Positions 16,373 to 24,842 of a stretch of 32,000 bases of DNA are shown here, in pieces. The DNA comes from Opitutales bacterium (lineage in GTDB: Bacteria; Verrucomicrobiota; Verrucomicrobiia; Opitutales; UBA9783). Location of the stretch: NCBI GenBank assembly GCA_046881885.1, contig JBKSMP010000028.1, positions 1 to 32,000 on the forward strand, read 5' to 3'. Position numbers and translations under genes: made by a program. The notes below the pieces were generated by a model. That model ran no database searches. It saw only the letters and a list, made by a program, of their open reading frames with translations, and had not been told where the DNA came from. Every line of letters starts with the position of its first letter. The first letter of the stretch is position 1.

Positions 16373-18181
16373 TTAATTTTGTGGTTGGACTTGTAGTTGA
16401 GGTTGAAATACTTGTCCCCAAAACTCATTCATATGTCCTTTATAAAAATTTAATATATTTTTAAAACCATCTATCATATCATTCATATCTTTAGATTCTG
16501 AATTTTCAGCTTGTACATTTGCCCAAGCAACTGCAGTTCCATACATACCTCCCAAAACTTCAGCAGATGTGTGAAATCGTCCTGCTTCCATAAATAAAGC
16601 AATAGGAGTAAAAATTTTTACAAAATCATTGGGGATTGTAACATTTTTATTTTCCCCCTTTGCGATATCTAATAAAAATTTAAATGCATTATTCATCTGT
16701 GTTTGAGTGTTTTCATCAGCTTTATAGTATAAACAAGCTAATAATTCAGTGGTTGTACCCGAAACACTACAATAGGTAGGTAAACCAGCATCATCAATAA
16801 TACCACCAAATGATTGGACGGATTCATAGGTACCATTATCTCTTTTTTCCACAATAGTTTTTTCCTTTAACCATTCCAATACAACTTCTGCTGCTTCTGA
16901 ATATTCTGTATATAAGCTTCTACTAAATTCATTAAGCTGATTTACAAAATCTTTAGGTACTGCATCCCGACTACAAGTAGGCTTAGGAGAAAAACCATTT
17001 GTCAACCCTGGATCATTTGCAAGATCGCCTTGTAAATTTTCTTTTAATGGAATTCTAGCAGTCTTAGGTTTAGGCTCTTGTTCAGAACGTCCACGAATAC
17101 CAATTTTTTTTGTTTTATATTCTTCGATCATTTTATTTACCGTTTCACTTGCTTTTACTTTGGTATCTTCTAAAAGACTGTCTAGTTTTATCTCACTAAA
17201 CATTGGTAAGGTACGTGTGGTATTGTTTAGGTTTTGAATTTTGTTTAAGATCTGACTATCTCCTTCTGGTTTTAAGTGATTTGCTAATGTTGTTCCACAT
17301 GCTTTATCAACATTTTCTAATTTTGGAACTATGTCATTAATGATCCATCCAGACATAGCATTTGCTTGTAGAATATTAAATGTTTTTTCAATATTTGTAC
17401 CTGTATTACCAATTTTGCTTGAACTATTAGGTGAAGATGTTAAAAAAGTAGTTAGTTTTTCCAAATTTTCGGCTACGGTTTTTTGTGCACTCAAGGTGCC
17501 TTCTTTAATTGCATTTTCGTATTTAGTTTCATGTTCTTCTATTTGTGTTTGTAATTGATTTATTTTTTCTTCACTTTTTGGATTTTCTTTCTTTGCATTT
17601 TCAAGATTTTGTTTTGCAGCCTTATAGTCTGAAGTTTCGTTTTTTAAGACTTTTGGTAGATTCTTAAACAAAGGTTCACTTGTTGCTATTTCAGAGGCTT
17701 TTACTTTGTCAAATCCGCCCAAGCCTGTATTTTGATAGCGGGTAATAAATCCATTGATTTCTTTTAATGCATCATAAATAGCTATCTTTTTGCTAGGATC
17801 TGTTTCATTGTTCAATTTTTTGCCCAATGATTTAACGATTTCATTTAGTTCTTGTATTTCCTTTACAAATTGATTAGAAACCTTTTCTGTCAGTTCTTTA
17901 CTTAAAATTGTATGTTCAGTAATATTGTTTGATGCATTTAAGTTCGTCAATCTGTCCATCATACAGGTTTTACAATAGAATTTGATTCTGTGTTGACCTA
18001 TCAATACTGTTCTAAATTTCTTATTAGGTAAAACCATACTTGAATTAGATGGACTTTTTTTACTCCAACATATGCTAGAAGTTGAAGGGTTGGTTATTTT
18101 TTTCGTTTTTCCGATACCTTCATTAGGTGAAGTTTGGAGTGAAGATGTAAATAAATTATCTTGTAATGGTGATGTTGTCAT
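16373..18181 (-). CDS. Hypothetical 602-aa protein (disordered Ser/Thr/Asn-rich N-terminus, coiled-coil middle, unassigned C-terminal globular domain)
   Basis: A long uninterrupted ORF with an AAAGG element ~8 nt upstream of the ATG and its own terminator. No signal peptide, no TM segment and no catalytic motif that I recognise. AT-rich codon usage. Confidence 0.75.
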   Translation of the reverse strand: MTTSPLQDNLFTSSLQTSPNEGIGKTKKITNPSTSSICWSKKSPSNSSMVLPNKKFRTVLIGQHRIKFYCKTCMMDRLTNLNASNNITEHTILSKELTEKVSNQFVKEIQELNEIVKSLGKKLNNETDPSKKIAIYDALKEINGFITRYQNTGLGGFDKVKASEIATSEPLFKNLPKVLKNETSDYKAAKQNLENAKKENPKSEEKINQLQTQIEEHETKYENAIKEGTLSAQKTVAENLEKLTTFLTSSPNSSSKIGNTGTNIEKTFNILQANAMSGWIINDIVPKLENVDKACGTTLANHLKPEGDSQILNKIQNLNNTTRTLPMFSEIKLDSLLEDTKVKASETVNKMIEEYKTKKIGIRGRSEQEPKPKTARIPLKENLQGDLANDPGLTNGFSPKPTCSRDAVPKDFVNQLNEFSRSLYTEYSEAAEVVLEWLKEKTIVEKRDNGTYESVQSFGGIIDDAGLPTYCSVSGTTTELLACLYYKADENTQTQMNNAFKFLLDIAKGENKNVTIPNDFVKIFTPIALFMEAGRFHTSAEVLGGMYGTAVAWANVQAENSESKDMNDMIDGFKNILNFYKGHMNEFWGQVFQPQLQVQPQN

Positions 18182-18220
18182 AATAAACCTTTCATTAAAA
18201 GCATAGAGTGTTTTAGCTTG

Positions 18221-18835
18221 TTACATAGATACAGAACCACCACCGATAAGCTGGTAGCAAGTAAGGCGATCGGTATCGTCATCGTATATGTAGTAAGAAT
18301 CTTGTCTCAGTTGTTTTTGCATGTTTTCGGGAAGTTGTTTGAAAACGTCTTCCATAAAATAGGAATGATGTTCTAAGCATGCAGCCATAGGCGTAAGCTG
18401 GTTTTTAACAGTTTGTGTTGCAAGCAACCTATATAAAAGCTCATAATAATAGTTATCCGTTTTACAAATTTGCACAAATTCTTTTAAAAAATTACAAGTA
18501 AGTTTTGGCATCCAAGATGCTGCGTAATTGGAAAGTGTAAAAAGACATGACAGTTTATTGTTGGGATTTAAAAAAGCATCAAATAATTCTGATACTTTTT
18601 CATAACCTATCATCCCATCTTTTAGCCAATTTATCAGCTTTTTAAATACAATTTCACATAAAGCTTCAGCCTCTTCTGGAAAGTACCCATAACCATATTT
18701 TCCTGATGTTTCTAGTTGTCGGATGATATCATCCGGAGTCCAGCTATCACTGTCTTGCCAGTATTGTACTGTACGTACTTCTGCTTGTTGTGTAGTTGTT
18801 GTTAAATCTGCATCTGCATTTGTTGGTGTAAACAT
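18221..18835 (-). CDS. Hypothetical 204-aa acidic, probably all-helical protein
   Basis: An ORF directly upstream of the 602-aa gene (39-nt spacer) on the same strand. The N-terminus is Thr-rich (MFTPTNADADLTTTTQQ). Asp/Glu/Tyr-rich, with no recognised motif. Confidence 0.7.
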   Translation of the reverse strand: MFTPTNADADLTTTTQQAEVRTVQYWQDSDSWTPDDIIRQLETSGKYGYGYFPEEAEALCEIVFKKLINWLKDGMIGYEKVSELFDAFLNPNNKLSCLFTLSNYAASWMPKLTCNFLKEFVQICKTDNYYYELLYRLLATQTVKNQLTPMAACLEHHSYFMEDVFKQLPENMQKQLRQDSYYIYDDDTDRLTCYQLIGGGSVSM

Positions 18836-19372
18836 TTTATTTTTTTCTATTTTTTATATTTTTTTATTTATTAAGTTGTTAAAAACATTCATTAATGGTT
18901 GTTTTGTAAGAATCAAAACATACAATTAAACCGATCAATAAAGTTTTTAGTGATAATGACTTAAGGCTATTTAGTTATATAAACAACATCGTTTTTTCTT
19001 TGTTATGAAATAAAGAACGTTTTTATCCCATTGTCTTTTAAGCGTCTGCAAACCTTTAAGCAGACAGGGCCCTAAATTGTAAAAAAGAAAGAGCCAATTT
19101 TTAGGTGCATTAAACACCGCTTTAAAAAGAAGCATGTAACTTAATTTTAGCTACTTATTTTTATTTTGTAAAGAAAAATTTTTCATGAAGTGTTTTTTCT
19201 ACAAAAAGCGAAGAAAAATGCGTGAATCTAGGTCAATATTTGATGTCCTTAAATGAAATAAGATTGTATTCTCTAAAGCTTTTATCTTCGATATTGACAA
19301 GATATCTATTGTTGGGTGGAAATTTTCACGAAATTCATTGATTATTTTTGTAGGATAATTAACGTAGTTAGT

Positions 19373-19867
19373 ATGGTTTTTGAAGAATTGCGGGATCTTT
19401 TTCAAAAGGTTCGTTTGGTCATTTTTGATGTCGATGGGGTTTTAACTGATGGAAGTCTTTATTATGGGCCTGATGGGGAGGCTTTTAAAGCGTTTAATGC
19501 AAAGGATGGATTGGGGATACATCGGCTTGTAAAGAGCGGTATAGAAGTGGGTATTATTACAGGGCGTGTATCGAGTTTTGTCTCAAGACGTGCTGAAGAT
19601 TTAGGCATTCGTCATGTTTATCAAAAGAAAATGGATAAAAAGCCTGTGTTTTTGGAATTATGTGAAAAGTTGGCTTTAAAGCCCGATCAGGTGGCTTATA
19701 TGGGGGATGACATCATTGATTTGCCTGTTTTAGAGGAGGTAGCGATTCGTGCTTGTCCGGCAGATGCTATGCCTTGTGTTAAGAAAATTTGTAATTTTAT
19801 AGCGCATAATAAGGGAGGACGTGGAGCTGCTCGAGAATTATGTGATTGCATTTTAGAAGCACAATAA
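19373..19867 (+). CDS. kdsC: 3-deoxy-D-manno-octulosonate 8-phosphate phosphatase (KdsC, HAD family)
   Basis: HAD motif I is VIFDVDGVLTDG. KdsC-typical segments are FNAKDGLGI and the motif IV MGDDIIDLP. I prefer the ATG at 19373 (MVFEELRDLF), but the track start at 19316 cannot be excluded. Confidence 0.85.
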   Translation: MVFEELRDLFQKVRLVIFDVDGVLTDGSLYYGPDGEAFKAFNAKDGLGIHRLVKSGIEVGIITGRVSSFVSRRAEDLGIRHVYQKKMDKKPVFLELCEKLALKPDQVAYMGDDIIDLPVLEEVAIRACPADAMPCVKKICNFIAHNKGGRGAARELCDCILEAQ

Positions 19868-20889
19868 TGCGGTATTTAGGCTTAGAAAGTTCTTGTGATG
19901 AAACGGCTTTGGCAGTTTGGGATTCCGAACGTCGCCAGATATTATATGAGCAAGTTTTGACACAAGTGGACTTACATGAGCCTTTTGGTGGAGTTGTGCC
20001 TGGAATCGCCATACGAGAGCATTTAAAGGGCTTCCAGGTGCTTTTAGAGAAATTTAACAAAAGCTTTGGATTTTCAGAAATTGATCGTATTGTGGTAACG
20101 CATGGACCTGGACTTATTGGGTGCTTAGGTATGGGCGTGGCTTATGCTCAAGCGCTTCAACTCTTGCTTAATGTTCCCGTATTTGGGGTTAACCATTTGC
20201 AAGGACATGCATTGTCGCCATTTTTGGAAGCGTATCAAGCCGATAAACAGTTTTCCTTAAAAGATATATGTCCGCACTTGGGCTTGCTCGTTTCAGGTGG
20301 TAATACGCTCTTATTTTCGATTGAAGCTGTCAACGGAAGTTATCAGTTTAAGGTGCTAGCGCAAACACTTGATGATGCCGCTGGAGAGGCCTTGGATAAA
20401 GGCGCAAAATTGTTAGGATTTCCTTATCCTGGTGGACCTTTTATTGAAAAATATGCTCAAGATGGCGATCCGCAATTTATTCACTTTCCGCGCGCATTTC
20501 CTCAAAAAACCGAATGGAAGTTTAGTTTTTCAGGCTTGAAGACAAGTTTGCGTTATTATTTGGAAAAACAAACACCAGAAGCTGTAGAAACTCATAAAGC
20601 GTCTATTTGTGCATCCTATCAGCAAGCCGTTGTAGATGCTTTGAGTAAAAAAGTAGAACAGGCTTGTAAGCTACGTACCTTTAAAAGCTTAGGACTTTCG
20701 GGTGGTGTAGCCAATAACGAACGCCTTCGGGACTGTTTAGAAAAGATAGCCAACAAGCATCAAATGCCTTTTTTTGTGCCATCTAAGCGTTATTGTGGTG
20801 ACAATGCAGCCATGATCGCTTTTGTAGGTTCTTTTTTTCAGGTGCCTACAAAATTGAACCCTAATCGAATCTTAGAAGAATTTAAGTGA
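19867..20889 (+). CDS. tsaD: tRNA N6-adenosine threonylcarbamoyltransferase TsaD
   Basis: The start MRYLGLESSCDETALAV is the family N-terminus. It begins at 19867 and overlaps the kdsC stop as TAATG. Metal-binding His pair context is VNHLQGHALSPF. The GPGLIGCLGMGV segment is present. Confidence 0.93.
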   Translation: MRYLGLESSCDETALAVWDSERRQILYEQVLTQVDLHEPFGGVVPGIAIREHLKGFQVLLEKFNKSFGFSEIDRIVVTHGPGLIGCLGMGVAYAQALQLLLNVPVFGVNHLQGHALSPFLEAYQADKQFSLKDICPHLGLLVSGGNTLLFSIEAVNGSYQFKVLAQTLDDAAGEALDKGAKLLGFPYPGGPFIEKYAQDGDPQFIHFPRAFPQKTEWKFSFSGLKTSLRYYLEKQTPEAVETHKASICASYQQAVVDALSKKVEQACKLRTFKSLGLSGGVANNERLRDCLEKIANKHQMPFFVPSKRYCGDNAAMIAFVGSFFQVPTKLNPNRILEEFK

Positions 20890-22988
20890 TGGCTAAAAAA
20901 GTATATTTATTGGGTGCTGGTGGTATGGGAATGGCTCCTTTGGGCTTATTTTTGCATGAACAGGGATATCACGTGTTGGGTTGGGATGATTATGCAAGTG
21001 AAGAACGCAAATCTAAACTTTCTTGGATTGAATGGACAAAAACACCACCCTCTGATTGTTCCTGTTTAATTTATTCGTCAGCTATTGCAGAAACAAATCC
21101 TATTTACAAAGCCGCAAAAGGGTTAATGCCTTATTTTAAGCGAGGTGAATTTGTTGAGAAATTAGCCTCAAATCAAAAACTTTGTGTGGTTTGTGGAAGT
21201 CATGGCAAGTCCACTGTAACGGCTTATTTAGTTCATTTTTTTAAAACGTGTGAAATTCCTGTAAATTACTTGCTTGGTGCTGAATTTCAAGAGGATTGTT
21301 ACCCAAGTGCACACTTCGATCCTAAAGCTGAATGGATGATATTAGAATTGGATGAAAGTGATGGTACGATGGAATTGTTTTCTCCGCATGCCTCTATTAT
21401 TTTGGATGCGAATTGGGATCATCCTACGCATTATAAATCACAGATCGATTATAAGAATGCCTTTACACGTTTGGCCCAACGAACTTGTGATTGGGTTTTA
21501 TCTCTGGAAGCTTTTAATACCAATGCCCCGCAGAATGATGTTCTTGATATAGATAACACTGTTTCATTGGACGTTAAGAATAGTACCATTGCGGCGCAGG
21601 CTTTTAAACGTTTAACAGGGGTAAAGGTTGATTCGGAAACAATACGCTCTTTCCCAGGCCTAAAGCGGCGTCAAGAAGTGCTTTTAAAGACGCAACGATT
21701 GCTTGTCTTGAACGATTATGCACATCATCCTGATGAGTTAAAGGCTTTATTATCGCACTTGGAACAAAGCTTTAAGGGAGAACTTGCTTTGGCGTTTGAA
21801 CCCCATCGTGCCTCGCGTCTACATTGTTTTTATGAGGAATTTTTAAGAATTTTGAAAAAAATTCAACGACTCTATATTGGATCGGTTTATAAGGCTTTTG
21901 AAGAGGTTCCTGCAAAACAACGCGATGATTTACTTAGTTATTTGCCTCAAGCACAAGCCTTAGAACAACTTATTCCGGAAGATTTTGTTGAAGGTGAAGA
22001 GGCTCGTTTACTTGCTTTTGTTGGAGCTGGCACTATAGATTCCTTTGCACATCAATGGGTAAAACAATGGGTAGAATTGGTAAAGTCACGCTTAGAGCAG
22101 TCTGGAGAACGCATTGATACCTATGTTCCCTTGAAGCACGAATCGTTTTTAGGTATTGGCGGAACAGCGCTTTTTGCTTGTACACCACGATCCCTAAAAG
22201 GTTTGGCGAATCTTGTTAAGATTTGTGATTGTGTTGGTTTGGAATGGACTGTTTTAGGTTTGGGATCGAATGTGCTTATTCCTGAACACCGTTATGATGG
22301 CTTAGTGATTAAATTGTCGGATGTTTGCTGGAAAACATGCAAAGCGATTACTACCGATACATGGACAGTTGGGGCAGGAATGCCGTTAGGAAATTTACTA
22401 AATAAGCTAGAAACACAAGCGGTTGGAGGTTTTGAATTTCTAGATGGAATTCCAGGAACCTTAGGAGGGGCCTTGGCCATGAATGCTGGGACAAATAATA
22501 AAGGGGTTTTAGACGGGATTGTGTCGATAACTGTTCTGAATAAGCAAGGGAAAATTGTCCATTTAAAGCGAGAAGAATTAGATTACGGTTATCGAAAATG
22601 CCAACAGCTTCAATCGGTAATTATTCTTTCGGCAACCTTAAAGGGAAGTTTAAGCTCTACAGAAGCTATAAAAGCTTTGAGGCAGGAATTGCGTGAAAAA
22701 CGGAAGAGTTCGCAACCTTCTGGAAGAAGTTTGGGTTGTTTTTTCAAAAATCCTGAAGGAAAGTCGGCAGGACAGTTGTTGGATCAATTAGGTTGCAAAA
22801 ATATGCAAAAAGGTAACATTTTTATATCGCCAACACACGCAAATTTCTTTATAAATAAAGGTGGTGGTACTTATAAGGATGTTATTAGTTTGGCGAAGGT
22901 TTTGAGAGAAATGGTGTGGGATCAGGAAGCTATTACTTTAGAACCAGAGGTGAGAATTTTAGGTACAACTTGGGAGCAAGTATTATGA
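20889..22988 (+). CDS. murC/murB: Bifunctional fusion: UDP-N-acetylmuramate--L-alanine ligase (MurC, N-terminal) / UDP-N-acetylenolpyruvoylglucosamine reductase (MurB, C-terminal)
   Basis: One ORF of ~699 aa. MurC part: VYLLGAGGMGMAPLGLFL, P-loop GSHGKSTVTAYL and NDYAHHPDEL. MurB part, from about residue 410: the FAD-binding start PLKHESFLGIGGTALF, then LGLGSNVLI, FFKNP, HANFFIN and EPEVRILG. The ATG at 20889 overlaps the tsaD stop; a GTG at 20886 is an alternative start. Confidence 0.9.
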   Translation: MAKKVYLLGAGGMGMAPLGLFLHEQGYHVLGWDDYASEERKSKLSWIEWTKTPPSDCSCLIYSSAIAETNPIYKAAKGLMPYFKRGEFVEKLASNQKLCVVCGSHGKSTVTAYLVHFFKTCEIPVNYLLGAEFQEDCYPSAHFDPKAEWMILELDESDGTMELFSPHASIILDANWDHPTHYKSQIDYKNAFTRLAQRTCDWVLSLEAFNTNAPQNDVLDIDNTVSLDVKNSTIAAQAFKRLTGVKVDSETIRSFPGLKRRQEVLLKTQRLLVLNDYAHHPDELKALLSHLEQSFKGELALAFEPHRASRLHCFYEEFLRILKKIQRLYIGSVYKAFEEVPAKQRDDLLSYLPQAQALEQLIPEDFVEGEEARLLAFVGAGTIDSFAHQWVKQWVELVKSRLEQSGERIDTYVPLKHESFLGIGGTALFACTPRSLKGLANLVKICDCVGLEWTVLGLGSNVLIPEHRYDGLVIKLSDVCWKTCKAITTDTWTVGAGMPLGNLLNKLETQAVGGFEFLDGIPGTLGGALAMNAGTNNKGVLDGIVSITVLNKQGKIVHLKREELDYGYRKCQQLQSVIILSATLKGSLSSTEAIKALRQELREKRKSSQPSGRSLGCFFKNPEGKSAGQLLDQLGCKNMQKGNIFISPTHANFFINKGGGTYKDVISLAKVLREMVWDQEAITLEPEVRILGTTWEQVL

Positions 22989-23899
22989 GAGAATTAAAAC
23001 GAATTGTTATTTTGTGTGGTGGCGAAAGTGGAGAACGTGCGATTTCGTTAAAGTCGGCCGAACCTGTTGTGAAAACTTTAGAAAAATCCTATTGGGTTCA
23101 TTGTATTCACTTGGATGTTAATATTTTACCAGAAGAATTAGATCCAGAGCAGGATTTGATTTTCCCATTGATCCATGGTGATTTTGGTGAAGATGGACGC
23201 TTGCAAGAGCTTCTAGAAGCGGAAAATTTTGCTTATGTTGGAAGTGATTCGCGAGCAAGTGCGCTCTGTATTGATAAATGGCGTAGTAAGCAATTAGCGC
23301 AAGAACATGGAATACCTGCACTTCCTGCTATGTTTGTTCAAGCTGGTGATTCCTTGGAGGAAGCTTCTATTTGTAAACAATTAGGAAATACAACTCTGGT
23401 GCTCAAACCGACCAATAAGGGTAGTAGTATCGGGGTACACATGTGTAAAGATTTTGAAGCCTTACGTTCTGTTTGGTCAGAAATTCATGAAGGGGATTGG
23501 ATGATAGAACCTTATGTAAAAGGCCGCGAATTAACGGTCGGAATTCTTCAAGGAGAGCCTTTAGGTGCTGTAGAAATTCGTCCAAAGCAAGGTTTTTATG
23601 ATTTCAAAAATAAATATACACCAGGTGCTTGCGAATATTTTTCTCCAGCTCCCATTAGCCCTGAACTTTTAAAACGCTTACAATTATTTGCTAAAGATTT
23701 TTATCATTATGCAGGCTGTTTAGATTTTGGTCGTGTAGATTTTATTGTCGAGAACGATGAAAAGGTTTGGTTTTTGGAGATGAATACGATTCCGGGTATG
23801 ACAGAATATAGTTTATTGCCGAAAAGTGCAGCTTGTATGGGAATTGATTTTGAAACTTTATTGGTCCGTCTTGTAGAAGGTGTCCGTCAACGTTCTTGA
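22985..23899 (+). CDS. ddl: D-alanine--D-alanine ligase
   Basis: The start MRELKRIVILCGGESGERAISLKSA at 22985 overlaps the murC/B stop as ATGA. An ATP-grasp domain is present, with the C-terminal signature GRVDFIVENDEKVWFLEMNTIPGMT. Confidence 0.92.
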   Translation: MRELKRIVILCGGESGERAISLKSAEPVVKTLEKSYWVHCIHLDVNILPEELDPEQDLIFPLIHGDFGEDGRLQELLEAENFAYVGSDSRASALCIDKWRSKQLAQEHGIPALPAMFVQAGDSLEEASICKQLGNTTLVLKPTNKGSSIGVHMCKDFEALRSVWSEIHEGDWMIEPYVKGRELTVGILQGEPLGAVEIRPKQGFYDFKNKYTPGACEYFSPAPISPELLKRLQLFAKDFYHYAGCLDFGRVDFIVENDEKVWFLEMNTIPGMTEYSLLPKSAACMGIDFETLLVRLVEGVRQRS

Positions 23900-23901
23900 A
23901 A

Positions 23902-24720
23902 ATGGCAACAAACTCTTGGCAGCATTTACCGCAAGATCCGCAATTTAATAAGCAACGCTTTAAACGAAAGTTGCTACGTTATGGATTTTTGTGCTTTATA
24001 GCAATAGCAAGTATTGGGATAGGTGGGTATTTCCTTAAGACCGTAGACGGTTCGATACAACGTTTAGAGCAAGTAAAGTTTTCTTCTGATGGTATGCTAA
24101 CTGAAGCTTGGTTTCTTAATACCATCCCTTTACCCTGGAAAGAACAGCTCATGAAGGTAGATTTGGCTCAGCTACAGCAGGAAATACTTCAGTATTCCCA
24201 AGTTGAAGCCGTAGAAATTATACGCGAGTTTCCTTCTTCTATCCATGTACATATTCACGAGAAAAAGGCCTGTGCAAAACTTTTATTATCCCAAAAAGGC
24301 AAACGAAAACTATTATTAATTACTTCTCAAGGTGAATTTTTTGCTCCAATAGGCTACACGAGAAGTATTTTGATGGTTTTACCTACTATTTCTGGTTTAC
24401 ATAAAGATTTGTTGGATCAAAAAAAAATCGTTCAATTTGAGACAATTGCTCAATTTATCAATCTGCTACAAACAGAAATTCCCGATGTTTATGATCGTAT
24501 GTCCTCGCTTTCTTTACGGCATTTTGATCCGTCTTTAGAAGAAAAATGGTGGATTTTAGATCTTCATTTAAAAGGTGGTTTAATCGCCACAATGCCCATT
24601 ATGAAAGCTTCAGAAGCATTCCGAAACTGGAAATTGATTTTTAAAAATTTACCCCAACAACAACAATCTTCTTTGAAGAAAATTGACTTGTCTTTATTGC
24701 ATCCTACGTTAACCTTTTGA
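23902..24720 (+). CDS. ftsQ: Cell division protein FtsQ-like (POTRA domain, single N-terminal TM)
   Basis: A basic N-terminus is followed by a TM segment (YGFLCFIAIASIGIGGYF). The POTRA-like segment is VEAVEIIREFPSSIHVHIHEKKACA. Its position directly after ddl fits dcw clusters. I use the ATG at 23902; a TTG at 23896 overlapping the ddl stop is the alternative. Confidence 0.72.
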   Translation: MATNSWQHLPQDPQFNKQRFKRKLLRYGFLCFIAIASIGIGGYFLKTVDGSIQRLEQVKFSSDGMLTEAWFLNTIPLPWKEQLMKVDLAQLQQEILQYSQVEAVEIIREFPSSIHVHIHEKKACAKLLLSQKGKRKLLLITSQGEFFAPIGYTRSILMVLPTISGLHKDLLDQKKIVQFETIAQFINLLQTEIPDVYDRMSSLSLRHFDPSLEEKWWILDLHLKGGLIATMPIMKASEAFRNWKLIFKNLPQQQQSSLKKIDLSLLHPTLTF

Positions 24721-24842
24721 TTTTTTAAAAGGATGAAGTTAGTAGCGTATTAATAATTTTACAATGATATGTTCATTATTTCAATACAAGCTGCTTTTTA
24801 ATTGACGCAGGGGGTGGAGTTTGTAACCTTTTAAATAGCGTC

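Noticed and set aside
16373-17000. An ADP-ribosyltransferase-like R-S-E pattern in the C-terminal domain of the 602-aa protein (SVSGTTTE as an STS-like motif, SAEVL as a degenerate ExE).
   Set aside because: There is no convincing upstream catalytic Arg and no true (Q/E)xE. The resemblance rests on two short degenerate strings. I leave it for profile or structure search rather than claiming it.
16175-18835. A classical tRNA-targeted integrative island using tRNA-Gln as the attachment site.
   Set aside because: The orphan genes lie on the 5' side of the tRNA, not beyond its 3' end. I saw no integrase or recombinase gene and no direct repeat of the tRNA 3' half. Any horizontal origin must be argued from composition and synteny instead.
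18836-19315. Possible replication origin. Gene orientation diverges here (minus-strand run to the left, plus-strand run to the right), the spacer is long and AT-rich, and spot counts show C>G on the left and G>C on the right of the plus strand.
   Set aside because: I found no cluster of DnaA boxes (TTATCCACA or close variants) in the spacer, and no dnaA or dnaN nearby. The skew flip is confounded with coding-strand bias. The window contains other orientation switches. This needs whole-genome cumulative GC skew.
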